Assembly: GCF_000143415.4 (NCBI RefSeq)
Contig: NW_003314278.1
Location: 1,500,362-1,564,361, forward strand
Length of the DNA: 64,000 bases
Direction: 5' to 3'
Source: Selaginella moellendorffii
Taxonomy: Eukaryota > Plantae > Lycopodiophyta
Part shown: in pieces, positions 12,433-25,966 of the stretch
Numbering within the stretch: position 1 is the stretch's first letter
How the letters are laid out: the number at the start of each line of letters is the position of its first letter
Program-made: the position numbers and the translations under genes
The notes under the pieces: generated by a model
Databases searched by the model: none
Seen by the model: only the letters and a program-made list of their open reading frames with translations
Told to the model about the DNA's origin: nothing

Positions 12433-13089
12433 AGCTATGGCGGCCGCTATGACGAGCTATACCAGCTAGTCAGTGGAAAGCTAAAAGAGAGGAGGACTGA
12501 TGGACGAATGCCACCACTAAACACTCTTCGAGTAGTGGCAAAAAAGGCAGCAATTGCTTTTGATCACTGCTGTGAGGTGGGTTCTCAAGAGGTATGTCTC
12601 TAATCTCTCTTAGTTTTGAGTATTGTGCTTTTTCTTGATTCGTATTTGTATAGAATTCTTGGATCAAGAGAGCAACATCTGCCGTGAAATTGTGGCATAT
12701 GTTGGGAAAGCATGTGCGGAGATCAAAGGTGTCCACAGTAATGATCAGCTTGTGGCAAAGCAAGCTACATTAGTTGTTGTAGTAGGCAAAGTGAATTACT
12801 CAACACTTAGTTGATTGGAATCCATCATAATAATTTCCTTGCTACAAGAGCTTGTTGATTAGAAGCTGTAGAGCACAAGGGATCATGGGCTCTAAGAGGC
12901 AGCAAGTAGTATGCAGTGAAGTTAACAGATGACAAAAAGCAACTAGTAGCCAATTTTTAGTCAAGTAAGTACATCTCACCTTTCTTAGTGAAGTTCTAAG
13001 TCTAGTTGAACTATTGTTTAGGTCAGCATCATAATTAGTTTTAAGTAGGCTGCATTTTATGCACTGAAAATTCAAAGAATTATCCATTT

Positions 13090-13582
13090 TAAGTTGAACT
13101 GGTGGTTACTAAGTAGTATGCACCTTATGCATTTGAGTTTAATTGACTTCTATGTTGAAGTGGTTCTATCATAGTTGTTAAGTAGTATGCATTTGCTACA
13201 CTAGTATGTAGTTGAATTCAGTGGTCAAAGTGGTTTTATCATATGGTATGCACTATTCTGATTGAATTTAGTGGTCTTAGAAAGGTTTTGTTATGGTTCT
13301 TAAGTAGTATGCATTTTCTACACAGGCATCTAATTGAATTGAGTGGTCAAAACTATTTTTCATGGTTCCTAAGTAGTATGCACGTTTTGCACTTGTATTT
13401 GATTGAATTAAATGGTCAAAGTGGTTATGTCATAGTTCCAAAATAATATAAATACTTGATTGTATTCAGTGGTCAAAGTGGTTCTATCATGATTCCTAAG
13501 TAGTATGCACTTTGCACTTTCTATACTATTATCTAATTGAATTCAATGGTATCATGGTTCCTAAGGAGTATGCACTTTATAC
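13090..13582. repeat. Tandem repeat of ~60-70 bp units, ~7-8 degenerate copies
   Basis: Recurring attgaattcagtggtcaaagtggtt.tatcatggttcctaagtagtatgcac. Confidence 0.85.
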
Positions 13583-13949
13583 CATCAATATTGATCAACT
13601 TAGATTGCTACATTTAGTGTGATGTAACTTTTATTTAACCTACTTTTGTTTATAATCTAGATAACAAAAGAGTATCACCAAACAGCACGGATATCAAGCA
13701 TGAGAGCCTTGTACACTGTGACTATGGACTATATCAAACACATTGGCTTGACTAGTTTTTAAATATAGACTCATAAAACTTTTTCAAAGTTATATAAAAC
13801 TTTTACCACAACCCATCCAAATATCAATATTTGTCTTTGAATATTTGAGATTTTGAAGTTGTGTTGTTGACTAACTTTAACATATGCTACTTCTTGTAAA
13901 TGTGATTGCAAGTATCAAAAGTCAAGTCCTTCTGAATATTCTTTTCATA

Positions 13950-15225
13950 CTACCACAACAATAAGTGGTTGATATTGTTATTAATCTTTAGCTAAGGTAG
14001 TTGAGAAATTGGTTTTCACATGTACACTTGGCCAAAATAGAATTCCTAAATACTATTAGTTAAACATACTTAACTTGGTTAGATAAACTTATTTGTTACC
14101 TTGCATTTATGTGATATTAGCACAATGCTAGCTTATTATATCCGTTAAAACACTTTCCCTATCATTCCCTATATGTTGGTCATGTTTCTATTATATTGGC
14201 TATTTATAGAAAGTGTTTAGATAGCTAGTGAGGCATATCTAAGGAATGTAAATATTTATCCTAAACACAATAGTATTATTCCCAGATTAAGATTAGAAAT
14301 CTAACACCATTCCACATTTAATAAGTTTTTAAGCTTGTCTAAGAAACTTACTCTTTCGACTACCAGAGAGTGATTTTATAAGAGGGGTTATTGGGGGTCC
14401 TAAATGTATAATATATGTCGGGCATGGCTGACCAACTTGAGATATTGTTTAGCTCTTTATTGGGCATGTTTATCCTTGTTTTGCATCCAATTTAAACCTC
14501 TTCATACCATGTTAACTGGTGGAGTACCTATATAATTGTGCTAAGCTATTAATATGTTGAAATAATATATCCTTGTGTTAGGCCACCAATATGTATGCAA
14601 AACAAAGCCAAACAAAATCTAGCACTATTTAAGCATATTAGTGGCCTTATATGTAAAATAAAGCCAAATAAGTTTGGCATTATTTTAACATCTAAATGGC
14701 CTAACACGAAGATATAAATTTTTCACTATTTAGCATGGTATAAAGCTTTGGTTTAGATTCAAGCTAAATGCAGAATAAAGATAGACATACCTAAAGGGGA
14801 GTTATACAAAATCTTATATTGGTTAATCATATTAAATCTACCCACTATCTAAAAACTTATTAATATAGAATGGTGTTATATTGCAAATTTTAATGTGGGA
14901 ATAACACCATTGTGTTTAGGACAATTTCTATATTTTGTAGATATATTTCACTAATAGATATAGATACTTTTTATAAATAGCTAATATGATTGAAATGGGA
15001 CTAATATATAGGGAATGATAGTGAGAGTGTTTTATGGTAAGTTATCATTTAGGAAATATTGAGGGATTAAACTTAATATCATGGGGGTTTCAAACACTAG
15101 CAAATACAAGCTAACAAATAACACTTAGGAATTCTGTCCTTATACTCTTTTAGCCAAGTGCACATATAAAGATTAGTTTCTCAACTACCATAAACAAAAA
15201 TATTTACCTCCTACTATTATGGCAA
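13950..15225. mobile_element. Long imperfect inverted repeat (foldback; possible MULE/FB-like non-autonomous element)
   Basis: Arms pair as reverse complements: 13996-14050 with 15125-15189, 14148-14332 with 14849-15033, 14425-14498 with 14750-14829, and 14540-14590 with 14688-14735. Confidence 0.75.
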
Positions 15226-15869
15226 TAAATGAACACCATAAATTTTTCTAGATTTATTACCTTCACAATGGTCTAAACTAAACTATATATTGATAAGGAC
15301 ATCAATCTTCTCAAATCACAAATAAGTTGCACCAACTTAAATAAGTTAGGGGACTATACACAAAATGTATTAACACTTAGACACCTTATAACTGTTGTTG
15401 ATAAAGAAATGACTGATGGAGTTAATCATTCTTGCTATTATGAGAGTCATCTAACTTACCAAAAAAATGATATGCCTTTACCCATAGGTGATATAGAGTA
15501 AGAAGCTAAAAGCCCTAACCCTCCTAAGTAAACAAATTAAACTTATTAGTAAAGTTTAGATAAACTATTGTAGAGTTGTTTACATAATCACACCTTTTTA
15601 ACAAAATTAAGAACATCAAAAGAAATACAAGTTATATAACTAATCAATAGTAACTATCCCATAATTAAAAATTTCACCATACATATGAAGTGTCAAAGCC
15701 AATCTGCCTATATTCGCCCAAACTCAAGAGTAATTGATGGACAATATTAAAATCATAAATAAAGATATATGAGAGACATTGATGAGTAAACCTTAAATTA
15801 GAGCACATGTTAATAAAATGAAGCAAAAGCCAAATTAGAAAATGCAAGTTAAGCCTAACATAGCAACCT

Positions 15870-17087
15870 CTCTCATAGAGTACCTGATCAAGCTCTCATG
15901 GTCTCAGGTATGAGCAGATAGCATCTATCGTCTTCTCAAAAGCTAGTGTGAAGTGTGCATTGGATAAAGCCTTTTCTTTCTTAAGAGTGTGAGCTTTTTC
16001 AAATTGTTCAGCCAGTATGCTATTGCCTTCTATAAAAACAGTCATGAGGGATTGAGAGCCTCCACTTGCCTAATCTCCTAGATACAACTTTGTTATATTC
16101 TTCCTTAGGTGCTGCAGTATTTACATGTTCTTCTGTGCTTGATTCTAGCATTGTTTCATCCTTGTCAAGGAGATTTCTTAGACGAATGGCCCCACAGCTC
16201 GACTAGAACTCATCAATGGCATCAAATAGATCTTGCTCCAGTGCTGGTAGCTTGAGCTTCTTGACAGTATCCCATAAGAGAGTGAAGTAATTGGCATTTC
16301 CTGTCTGGTGGTTGTAATACTTAGCTGTCTTGTAGCTATCTATAATGTTCTCCCAGTATCTCTTATAACAATGTCCATCACACCCAGTTTTCTCAGCAAG
16401 CTTTGTTAGCAAGCTGGAGCTGGTTGACACTTTTCATGAGCTGAGAGGCTCTGCCTTGCAAGATACTCTCCTCTTCACATCAATTAAAGCATGAGTTTCA
16501 ACTGAAGTCCAGTTGCATCCTCTTTTCTACCTTGACGCTGGATCATCTTCAAGCTGCTCCACATCAGCTACTTCCTCAGCTGTTGCTTCTTCAGCTGCTG
16601 ATCCCTCAACACTCACCTATAGTCTCTCAACTTGATGAAAATGATGTAAATGCATTCTAGGAATATCTGGATTGGAGCTGAGATTGCACACACTATGCCT
16701 CATCCTTGTCCACTGTCTGATGCTCCTCCTCCCCTCATTGAATCGTAAACTGCAACACAAAAAACTGAGTGTCACAATCGTTGAATGTCAGTTGACAATC
16801 ATGAGCAGTGTGGCATAGTGGCACTGGATTTGGCATGGTGGCACTGGATCTGGCAATCAAGCTCCAGCAATCAAGAAGCTGTCCTCGATACTTACAAGTT
16901 AAGTGGCCTCTCCAAGGTACTTAACTGGCAAATTTTTAAAAGTAGTTACTGTAAATTTTAAGGTTAATGGTAAGTATAAGCAAATTAAGTCCTCAAGAAA
17001 AGTACTTATACTTAGCTTAAAGGTTTGAAAATTCCTTAAATTTCACCCTTAACTTTAAGAGTAAGTGTTAGTGCGAAAAGGCCCTAA
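15870..17087 (-). mobile_element. PIF/Harbinger DNA transposon remnant: Myb/SANT(trihelix)-like ORF pseudogene and one terminus
   Basis: Minus strand 16527-16203 reads KRGCNWTSVETHALIDVKRR...S*KV...CYKRYWENIIDSYK...NYFTL...KLPALEQDLFDAID (Myb_DNA-bind_4-like, with an internal stop). The terminus gttagtgcgaaaaggccc ends at 17084 and is followed by TAA, as expected for Harbinger ends. No matching second TIR was found. Confidence 0.6.
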
Positions 17088-17639
17088 TCCTGACTTAAGT
17101 TTAGTTAGCTATATTTAACAGAGACTAATAGTACTCACAACTGTGGTTGGGCAGTAATTTCCATTAGGTCCTAACAAATGATGAAGTCAATAGCCACCAC
17201 AATACACGTCATTAGAAGATCTATAGTATGAGAAAGTAAATAAGCTGAATTGTAGCTAATAATCACCCATACCTTTCTTTAATGTCAATAAGATTCATAT
17301 ATAAAAAATTTAACTAAAAAAATGTAAAAAAAAGTGCACATAATATTTAATGGGTGATAGCAATTCTAAATAATTTGTTGCACATTGCATTGTAGCAACA
17401 CTTAGTTTGTTTGTTTATTTAAATCTTATTTTTTTCTTTATAAATACTTATTGGTTTTATAGGCTCTGAATTAATACAAAATCAAAAGAAAATAAAACAT
17501 TTTTCATATTATAATTAAATCTTTGTTGATTTAAAATATCTAACTCAACACAGTTTGGCCCAAGTTGGGTGCCCCTCATGCCCAAAAGGCACATAACCTC
17601 AAGCTGCAAAAGAGAGAAACAATGCAGGCTTTGAAGCCA

Positions 17640-17790
17640 CAAAGTTCCTTATGAAGGTAAGAGAAGTTCTCAACCATGACCTCATCCAAATGTACTTCAG
17701 CTTGTGGGAGTTTGGAAGATTCTTGCAAGCCTAAAACGTGCTGCGGGTGAGGCAGCTGTTTGAGAGGATGCCTAGGAACTTCGGGGCACA
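17640..17790 (+). pseudogene. PPR N-terminal fragment
   Basis: NHDLIQMYFS, a frameshift, CGSLEDS, then VRQLFERMP, with an in-frame stop. Confidence 0.45.
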
Positions 17791-17849
17791 AGGAGCAGGC
17801 GTAAACTTTGGAAAATTCTAATGCATGATTTGAATTGAGCATTTTTAAA

Positions 17850-18093
17850 NNNNNNNNNNNNNNNNNNNNNNNNNNNNNNNNNNNNNNNNNNNNNNNNNNN
17901 NNNNNNNNNNNNNNNNNNNNNNNNNNNNNNNNNNNNNNNNNNNNNNNNNNNNNNNNNNNNNNNNNNNNNNNNNNNNNNNNNNNNNNNNNNNNNNNNNNNN
18001 NNNNNNNNNNNNNNNNNNNNNNNNNNNNNNNNNNNNNNNNNNNNNNNNNNNNNNNNNNNNNNNNNNNNNNNNNNNNNNNNNNNNNNNNNNNNN
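17850..18093. other. Assembly gap (N run), flanked on the right by (TA)n
   Basis: N run, then atatat... from 18094 to ~18141. Confidence 1.
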
Positions 18094-19479
18094 ATATATA
18101 TATATATATATATATATACACATGCATATATAATATATATAGACTTTACACCATCCTTCCCTCCAAAAGATGAAAAGCTGATGATAATAAATTAGATGGA
18201 ACATTTGAAGCTTCCGATAAGTGATTATGGATTGCCAAAAGAACCTAAAGCTCCCATGGAACCACTAATGTAATTGCTAATAACCATGATAGAAATAAAA
18301 CCTAAAATTATAGCATAAATGTCAGTTGACTACAAAATCTTCATGAACTAGCTGTATATTTAATTGCTAAATGCTCAAATTAACCTCAAAGCCATAACTA
18401 TAAACCAAAACAAGAGAGTTCAAGAGCCACTATAGTCTATAAAACACTATTGCAACAAATGATATATCCCATTTTTAAGTCTGCACCATTAATCTAGACT
18501 CATAATCATTAGTAAAACTTGCCTCTATTGTCTTCCTTTTTCTCAACCTCTAAAACCTATATTAACTCGGACTTATAACTTTTGTCTTTGTCCAATGTTA
18601 TATATAGAAAGTCAAACTCACTCCATTTGTTCTCCATATCTTGTTATCCCTTTCTTGAAAGAAAAAAAAATTCTGAAATATTATTATTTAGATTTGTTTT
18701 GCTTGTCCTTACTCCACCATTTATATTCGGTTTCACTTTATTATTGCATCCATTCAACTTCACTATATTGGGGTTAGATATTCTATTTAAATTCACTATA
18801 CTTATCTTCACTTCACAATCTATATCATTTTAATATTGTATCTATTTGTTCTCACTTGATCATTAGATACAAACTCCTGTCCTACCCCTTTACCCCCTCT
18901 TTTTAAGAAAAAAACCTTGAAGAGTTGGGGCAAGAAAAAATTAAAATTAAAATATTATAGAAGAAAACAAAATTGATATATAAGGAATTTTTAGCAAATG
19001 GTAAAGTGAAAATAGGGAAATAAGAAAAGAAAGAAATATGCTCAAAGCTTCAAGAACAAAGGACCTTCTGTTATAAAATACGTTAATCACCACAAGATAA
19101 GTAAGAAAATCATATCACTAAACCTTTAATATGGGAAAATCAATAAAAAAATCCACACTCTTAAAGGAATATAGAAGTTCTTTAATAGAAACTATAAAAC
19201 AAAAGCATTTAATGGCACTCATAATGAAGGATATACACTCAACTTAAAACTTTAGCAAAATTGATATAACCTTTGGAATAAGGGAATATTTAACACTATA
19301 ATTAATCAAAGACTCCACCAATAAAGCAAAAGTAAGATTTTTAGCTCATATACTTAACATCTAGATTAGTATGAAGAAAACAAAATACATTCAAACCCAA
19401 TATTATATTAAGAAAAAGAATCATAAGAGTCATAAATGATTAATATATTATGAGAAAAAATACTATTAATGAGGAAAAA

Positions 19480-19812
19480 AAACATAGGAACATAAGAAGG
19501 TGGTTTAAGCCTAAAAATATACAAAAAGGTTAGGAAAGAGTAAAAGACAAAGAAAAATAATCAAATGATAAATTAAAAGATTAATACCTACCATGTGAAA
19601 TCTCTAATTTGTATCTAAGTTAATTCTTAAAGTAATCAAATTCCTGGTCAATAAAAATCTATTGAAGCTTATAAACATCTTCTTCCCATAAACTCAATCT
19701 TCAAATATTTTAGATCTAACATATGTATTTACAACCTTATATATATAAACATTAATAAAACAAATTTGGTTATAGATATTTATTTTAACTGGAATATTTT
19801 TAAAATGGATTA
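19480..19812 (+). mobile_element. Possible highly decayed LINE reverse transcriptase remnant
   Basis: Short pieces in LINE RT order (GGLSLKIYKK, KDKEK, IPGQ, LDL, FGY, KWI) in different frames. The similarity is weak. Confidence 0.25.
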
Positions 19813-22379
19813 AAAGGAAAAGGATAAGGTATTAGCAACTAACAAACTTAAGTTGTGCTTAATATGTTTATATTTAAAAACTTATGTCTATATAAATAAA
19901 ATAAATAAAGTATTTTAAATAAGATATTTTAAGTGATGATAAACATTACCTTATTATTTTCAATGTAATCAATTTTTCATTTGCCTATCTTATTAATTAT
20001 ATAATTATTAAATTTTATTATTTTATTACATAATGAATTAATTTATTCAGTCTAAATTCAAATAATATGGTATATTATAATGTATTAGCACTACTTTTCC
20101 CATTATTCTATATCATGAGTTTTTTGTTTTTTATTTTGCCACTAAAAACAAATTTCTAGGTGTTAAAATTAATGAAAATAATTTTTGTAAAGCTAGCAGA
20201 GAAGATAAAATAATATATATATATTGTCTAAAATTGTATTAATAATATAAATAATATAAGGTAGAATATAAGATATATATTTGATTCATAAAGTAATAGA
20301 ACCATACACCATAACTCATGATATGTTATATATTTTTCCAAAGATTGGAATTTAAAGTATATAAATTTTATTTAAAACAATTTAAAATGATTTTCTAAAA
20401 TATAAAATACTTTAATATGAATTAATAAATATTATTATTTAAATTTATTTATTCCTAAAATTATCAGATAGTTTTAATAAAAAACATTAATTATTATCTT
20501 TAGTATGATTAAAGAAAAAATATATTGTGACTTTATATTAAAAATCTCAATAATAATATGCTTGTCATGCTTGAAACAACCTTGAAATGGCCATAAATTT
20601 TAATCAAACCATCTTATAATTTAATATTTTGTAAAGGTTTCAAATAATATTATATTATATAGTTTATAGAATCTCGTCTCAGAAATACCTCATAAGCAAT
20701 TTTTAATATCTATATGTTTTCACCTTGGCTTACAATGAAAGAAATGTAATATCTTTTCATAAAGAATTGGGTTATTTTGAATATTTAAAGTTTTATGATA
20801 ATTTATAAATGAAGATATTAACATTTTCACCATTCTTATCACTATAATATTTTAAAATGCATAACATAAGTACATTCCATTTGTTAGAGTTATAATTAAA
20901 TTTCAGATTATAAACATTAGAGAAATAAAGTAATACAAAAGTAACTAAAAGATATTTTTTCAAGTTATTTAAAATTAATCATTAGTTACTTTTATAAAAT
21001 AAATATTATATAAACAACTTTGTATTACAAAATAAATGTATTAGTATAAAAACATTAGAAGCAAGGGGATAGGCTAGATAGCTAATCTACAAATAAATAT
21101 ATTTAAATAATTTTATTTAAAAAGTTAAGCCTTTTTTACCAAATATATTCAAAACTTCTTCAGTCAAAATAATCTCCTTTCCAGTAAAAATTTTAAGGTT
21201 TAGCTTCTATTTTCTTTAATGTAGTTTTTTAAAATAGTTATAATTGGCATATTTAGGATAAGAGAACATATTGGATATTGGTCATACATAATGTAGAGCT
21301 TGATGTAAATTTGATTCATTATTATAGGTTCTCATTAAGTATTGCTGATTGAGCATCAATTTATATTAGACAGCAAAAGAGGAGAGATGACAAAAGTAAC
21401 TAAGATTGAGATCTTTCCAATGGCAAAGACACTTAAACTTCGTTGAAGAGAAAGATTGGGACATGATTAAATTATAGGGAATATACTATTAGTTATGGTT
21501 ATTTTGTCTTCTCCTCAACTTCTCATAATTAAGAAAAATTCAAAATTCCTACTTTTATGGCATCAAATAAATTATGTTCACCTTAACAAACTTTTACTTT
21601 AAACATGTGTCATAATCAAAATGGTAAAACTTATATATGACCAACTTTGCTAGTTGCAAATAGTCTTTATGGTATGATGTTCTGAAATGTCCTAAGGACA
21701 CCTTGAAATGCACTCTCTTTAGTGCAAATACTACATAGTCAGTATTCTTAGTCGTTAAGTGCAGTCTTCAATGCCTTTTGGTGCCTTCAAAGACTTTTTC
21801 TCAAGCTAAAAATTAAAAAAACGATATATGAGCTAGTCTTTTTAGAAAACAAGATTTTACCTTCTCTTGCATCATTTCTATATGAATCAAATACAGGGAT
21901 AGGAGACATAACACAGTTGGAAGACTTGAATTGTGGGTGATAGGAGTGAAACACAATGAAAGTGACATGTGTACCATGTTGGAGTTGGACTCAAGCTCCA
22001 TCTCGGACTCAAGTTCCAGCTCAAACATGGACACATGGGGTGAAACAAAGCACTTGTCTCCCTGGGGCATGGTAGGCCATGAGCATCAAAAGGATAGTGG
22101 GGGATAGGAGTGTTGGGCAACCGAAGTTAGACCTCAGGTGGGCAAATGTGTGATAAGCAAAGCAAGCTGGGAGGCACTCAAGGGTGAGGTTGAGTATCAA
22201 AATGTGAAAGATACTCTTAGTAATCGCATGAGCACTATATTCATCAACCATTCCCTCACTTGTGTATAATGAAGTGACAAGACAATAGTCATGTACACTC
22301 ACGTAAAATTGGGGCAGCCCTTCCAAAACATTTTATTGCAAAGCTTTACACAAATATATATTTATGAAAATAGATTATT

Positions 22380-23230
22380 GCAAAAATGTGGAGAATGAGA
22401 TAGTCATAAAATAGGACGCTTTTTTATGATTGACTTTGAGATACTTTTTGCTGTAAACTCCGGACTGTAAACACTCTTCAACGTCTTTGAGCACCTTCGA
22501 TATTCCCTCAGCCTTTCTCTCAAGCTAAAGAACAGCAATATTATGAGCTATTCTTAAGAAAAACAAAAACTCTTACCTCTTCCTTCTTGTCTTGTATTCC
22601 ATTTCCATAATAATCTGTTGAAACTCCACCTTTAACACGCCCTTGAGTGCCTCCCAGCTTGCTTCGATTATCACACAGTTGCCCTCGCTTTCTGATTCTA
22701 AAACACCATTGTGTTTCAGTTCCATCACTCCCTTCTTAAATTCAGGATCATCCACCTCCTTGGCACTATACCAGTTCTTGAAATTTGTCCACAGTGAATT
22801 GAAGCGATGCACAGCGTTCATGAACCATTCCCTCACCTGTGTATAACAAAGTGAGAAAAATAAACAAGACGCTAGCTACAGATAATCACAAACGCAAAAC
22901 CGAGAACAATTTGCTCATCAATGTCTCCAAACTTGAGCTTCCCGTCAACCAACTTACACTCGCCAGTCCTGAGCCCTCGATCGCGGGATTAAGTCATCCA
23001 GTTTGGCCAGCGCGGTGAGAAGCGGTCCAGTACTTGATCCTCTTCGTCTTCCCCATCGTAACGAGGAACCACAAAGCCATTTGTTTTTCGCGCGCTTGGA
23101 GATTCGTCCAGGTCCAAAACCAGCGACGTGCCGGAAACCATCGAGTTTGAGCGCCAGATTCAGGCGAGTTGGAAGAGCAGGGAAGAAGCCTGAACCTTCC
23201 AGAAAAGTTTTTACGCACCACATTCAGTAA
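22380..23230 (-). pseudogene. Unidentified multi-exon gene with a frameshift; a further partial copy lies at ~21750-22280
   Basis: ...KLDDL/fs/PAIEGLRTGECKLVDGKLKFGDIDEQ, an intron, VREWFMNAVHRFNSLWTNFKNWYSAKEVDDPEFKKGVMELKHNG..., an intron, ...KAEGISKVLKDVEECLQSG. It has matching pieces at 12110-12300 and 21795-22280. Confidence 0.5.
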
Positions 23231-25966
23231 ACCCGCAATAGCCTCCCTCCCGCTTAAGTAAAGTTATATTCTAAGGATATGCTCAGATATTTTATTTATT
23301 TTAATTTATAATTAGCACAGGTAATTCTAATGTCTATATCGTCAGAGGAGGGACGATGGCTCTATGCTTCTGGATGCCGCTAGCACGAGAATCCCCATAT
23401 GGATCTGCCATCCAGCGATGAGGAGTATGATGCCTACACAGGCATGGCAGATTATCACGAGTTGGTAACAAAGAGAAGAAAGAGCTTTTGTCAACTACTT
23501 TGTTCTTTTGAAATTGCCTTTAGTAGCACAATGTTGTTTCTTTCGTTCAATGTTCTAGTGACTGAGACAACTTTCTATTTTGTCTTGCAGATTCAGATCC
23601 CAACATTGTTGGAGAGAACCATCCTGCAGCCCTGCATCCCTGGCCGCCATGGCCATCAGTGGCACAGGCTGGGAGCTGAGCGTGCCACAGTCAGGAAGCT
23701 CAGTTGCACAGCCATTAGGGCTGTAACCACAGCCATGACTATTGCTGAGAAAGTGTGGTTGAGCTCGGTCCACTTGACTGACCACATAAATATACAGCTA
23801 TCATAATTTAATGAAAAACTACATATAAATTAGTGTGGACTTTCTTCTTTTGGAACAATGGCACGGTAATTATCAACTGCCAACATTAAGCATGGTGCAA
23901 ATGTACTTCCCCATGCTATCAAAGTAAGTATATAAAACATACTTTTTTTACCTTTTAAGTTATATTTTATTGACTTTGCAAACATTTACTCGTTAGCAAC
24001 AGAGCACAATCTTGATGAAGTCAATGTTTTGCTAAGCTCCTTGTTTGAATTGAGTTCCACCACGACAAAAATGAAGCCCAATTTGGCACTAAAGCTTGAC
24101 TCTGTGTATAAGATTGTATTTACAGTCCACTTATACCCAACTGAAGAATATGGGACTACATGAATGCAATACATTATTCACCTCGCTCTGGTCCCATTGG
24201 TAGCCACCTCTGTATAGAAGGAAAGAAAAGGTATATAAACCTACCCATGCAAATAAATTATACCCTGTGCATTGTCTATATGATTTTTTCCAGTGATGAA
24301 CTCCAAAAGAACGACTGGTATCATGCTTTAAAATGGGCATTGCAAGACTCTATAAACAGCACGACCAAAATCTGAGAGCTTGGGATAATGCTCTCTGAGT
24401 AAGATGTGAAATCCAGGAGGATTTTCTTTGTCATGCATATTTTGGTAGCTCCTGCAAAGTTATTTTCATCATTGCATTCCAGCCCAATGGTTCCTTGTCG
24501 GTCAACACATCTGCATGCAAGGCTTACTCAGTTTTGTATGTAGAAAACAATACAAACTGTGTAATTGATCTTCCAGGTTCATATACCTGTAGAAACCAAG
24601 CCTTTGATCGCCATCACAACAATAACCGATTATCCAAACTCCTGCCAAGAATCTTAGGTTGAATGTCTGTTTCTTTCCAGCTGCTTCACTGCCATGATCT
24701 GCAACCAAGGAGAAAAACATGTTAGATAAAACCAAACAAGAAAGAAAAAACTGGTTTTTGCAAGAGAGAAAGAACACCAAACCTGGCCACTATATAGATA
24801 TGGCCAAAGCCTCTTTCACTGATTATACACTTTTATGTAAGCTGGAGCCACCATTTTGTCTTGATGAGAGGACCTCTTGTTGCTTTTCTTTGCTCGCCAC
24901 CGAGCAAGGCTGGCCAACATGATGTAAAGGAACCACAGGACGGGCTCTTGAGCTGGACAGTCGAGAGGCGGGCAGTCAAGAAGAAAGTGCCACTTCAGCG
25001 AGCTTGTTTGTCTCGGTTTGAGCAGCTCCTGCCTCTCGATCTTGATGCTAGAGATGTCCTGCCTTGGCAATTGCAAGTCCCCTTGTATCTGCGAAACAAG
25101 ACACAAGACGGTTAGCCATCTTGCAAATCCGTGGTTGCTGTCATCCCAAATCACTCAGGACAACTGACCTCCCGCGGCCTTTTGATTAAAACATGCCTAA
25201 TATACCAGACAATTGGACACAAGATTACAAAAAACTTGGTGACATATAGTAGATGGCACATGTGCTTGTTCCAACCAGCGCTTAATAACAATGTTTCATT
25301 ATTGGCACAATTATCATTTTAAATTGTGTGTCTACGTGCTTTGCCGGTTGGGAAGTAGCACTTGTTTTCTAATCTAAGTCGGCCTTTCAATTGACGCTGA
25401 TATCAAAATCTAAATCTCATGCGACAAGGTGCGAATTTAGAAGACTCTCCAAGCCATTTCTTACCGAGTCTCTACTCGAATAAGAAACTGAAAACACTGG
25501 AGAGATCTCCAGCGTTTTTGTTTGCTTGGCACGAATAAAAGAACATACAGCGAATTCTTAGCAACTCGTTTCTTTGATGGTTGTAAAAATGTGGCTCGTG
25601 AATTGCAGTACTGCAACACTTGACATACAAGAAACCATAGGCTATAGCCATAGGCTCACCTGTCAGACTCAGAAACGATAGGATCACAACTGGAGTATCA
25701 TATAATCTTACGGTACACCGTTTCGATGTCTGTATAGCATATAGATGAGCATATTCCATGGCAAGATCGAGAGTAGCAAAAATTGATTTGGTTCTTTCGA
25801 TCGCTTCAAACCTTCGGGTCCTTCGCCTTGACATAAATGATCTGCACAGTCCGATACCAGAGCTTTAACACTGTAACTTCATCAAAGCGATGAAGGATAT
25901 CCATTGCGCGTTCTAAAGAAGCACAAGAGGAGAAGAAAGAGGATGCGCTTGAAGCGATTGAACTTA

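Noticed and set aside
13090-13582. CRISPR-like alternation of conserved and variable blocks
   Set aside because: The variable parts are homologous to each other, the repeats are degenerate, there are no cas genes and the context is eukaryotic. It is a tandem repeat.
17576-18204. ORFs spanning N runs (also 3077-3298)
   Set aside because: Artefacts of assembly gaps and (TA)n.
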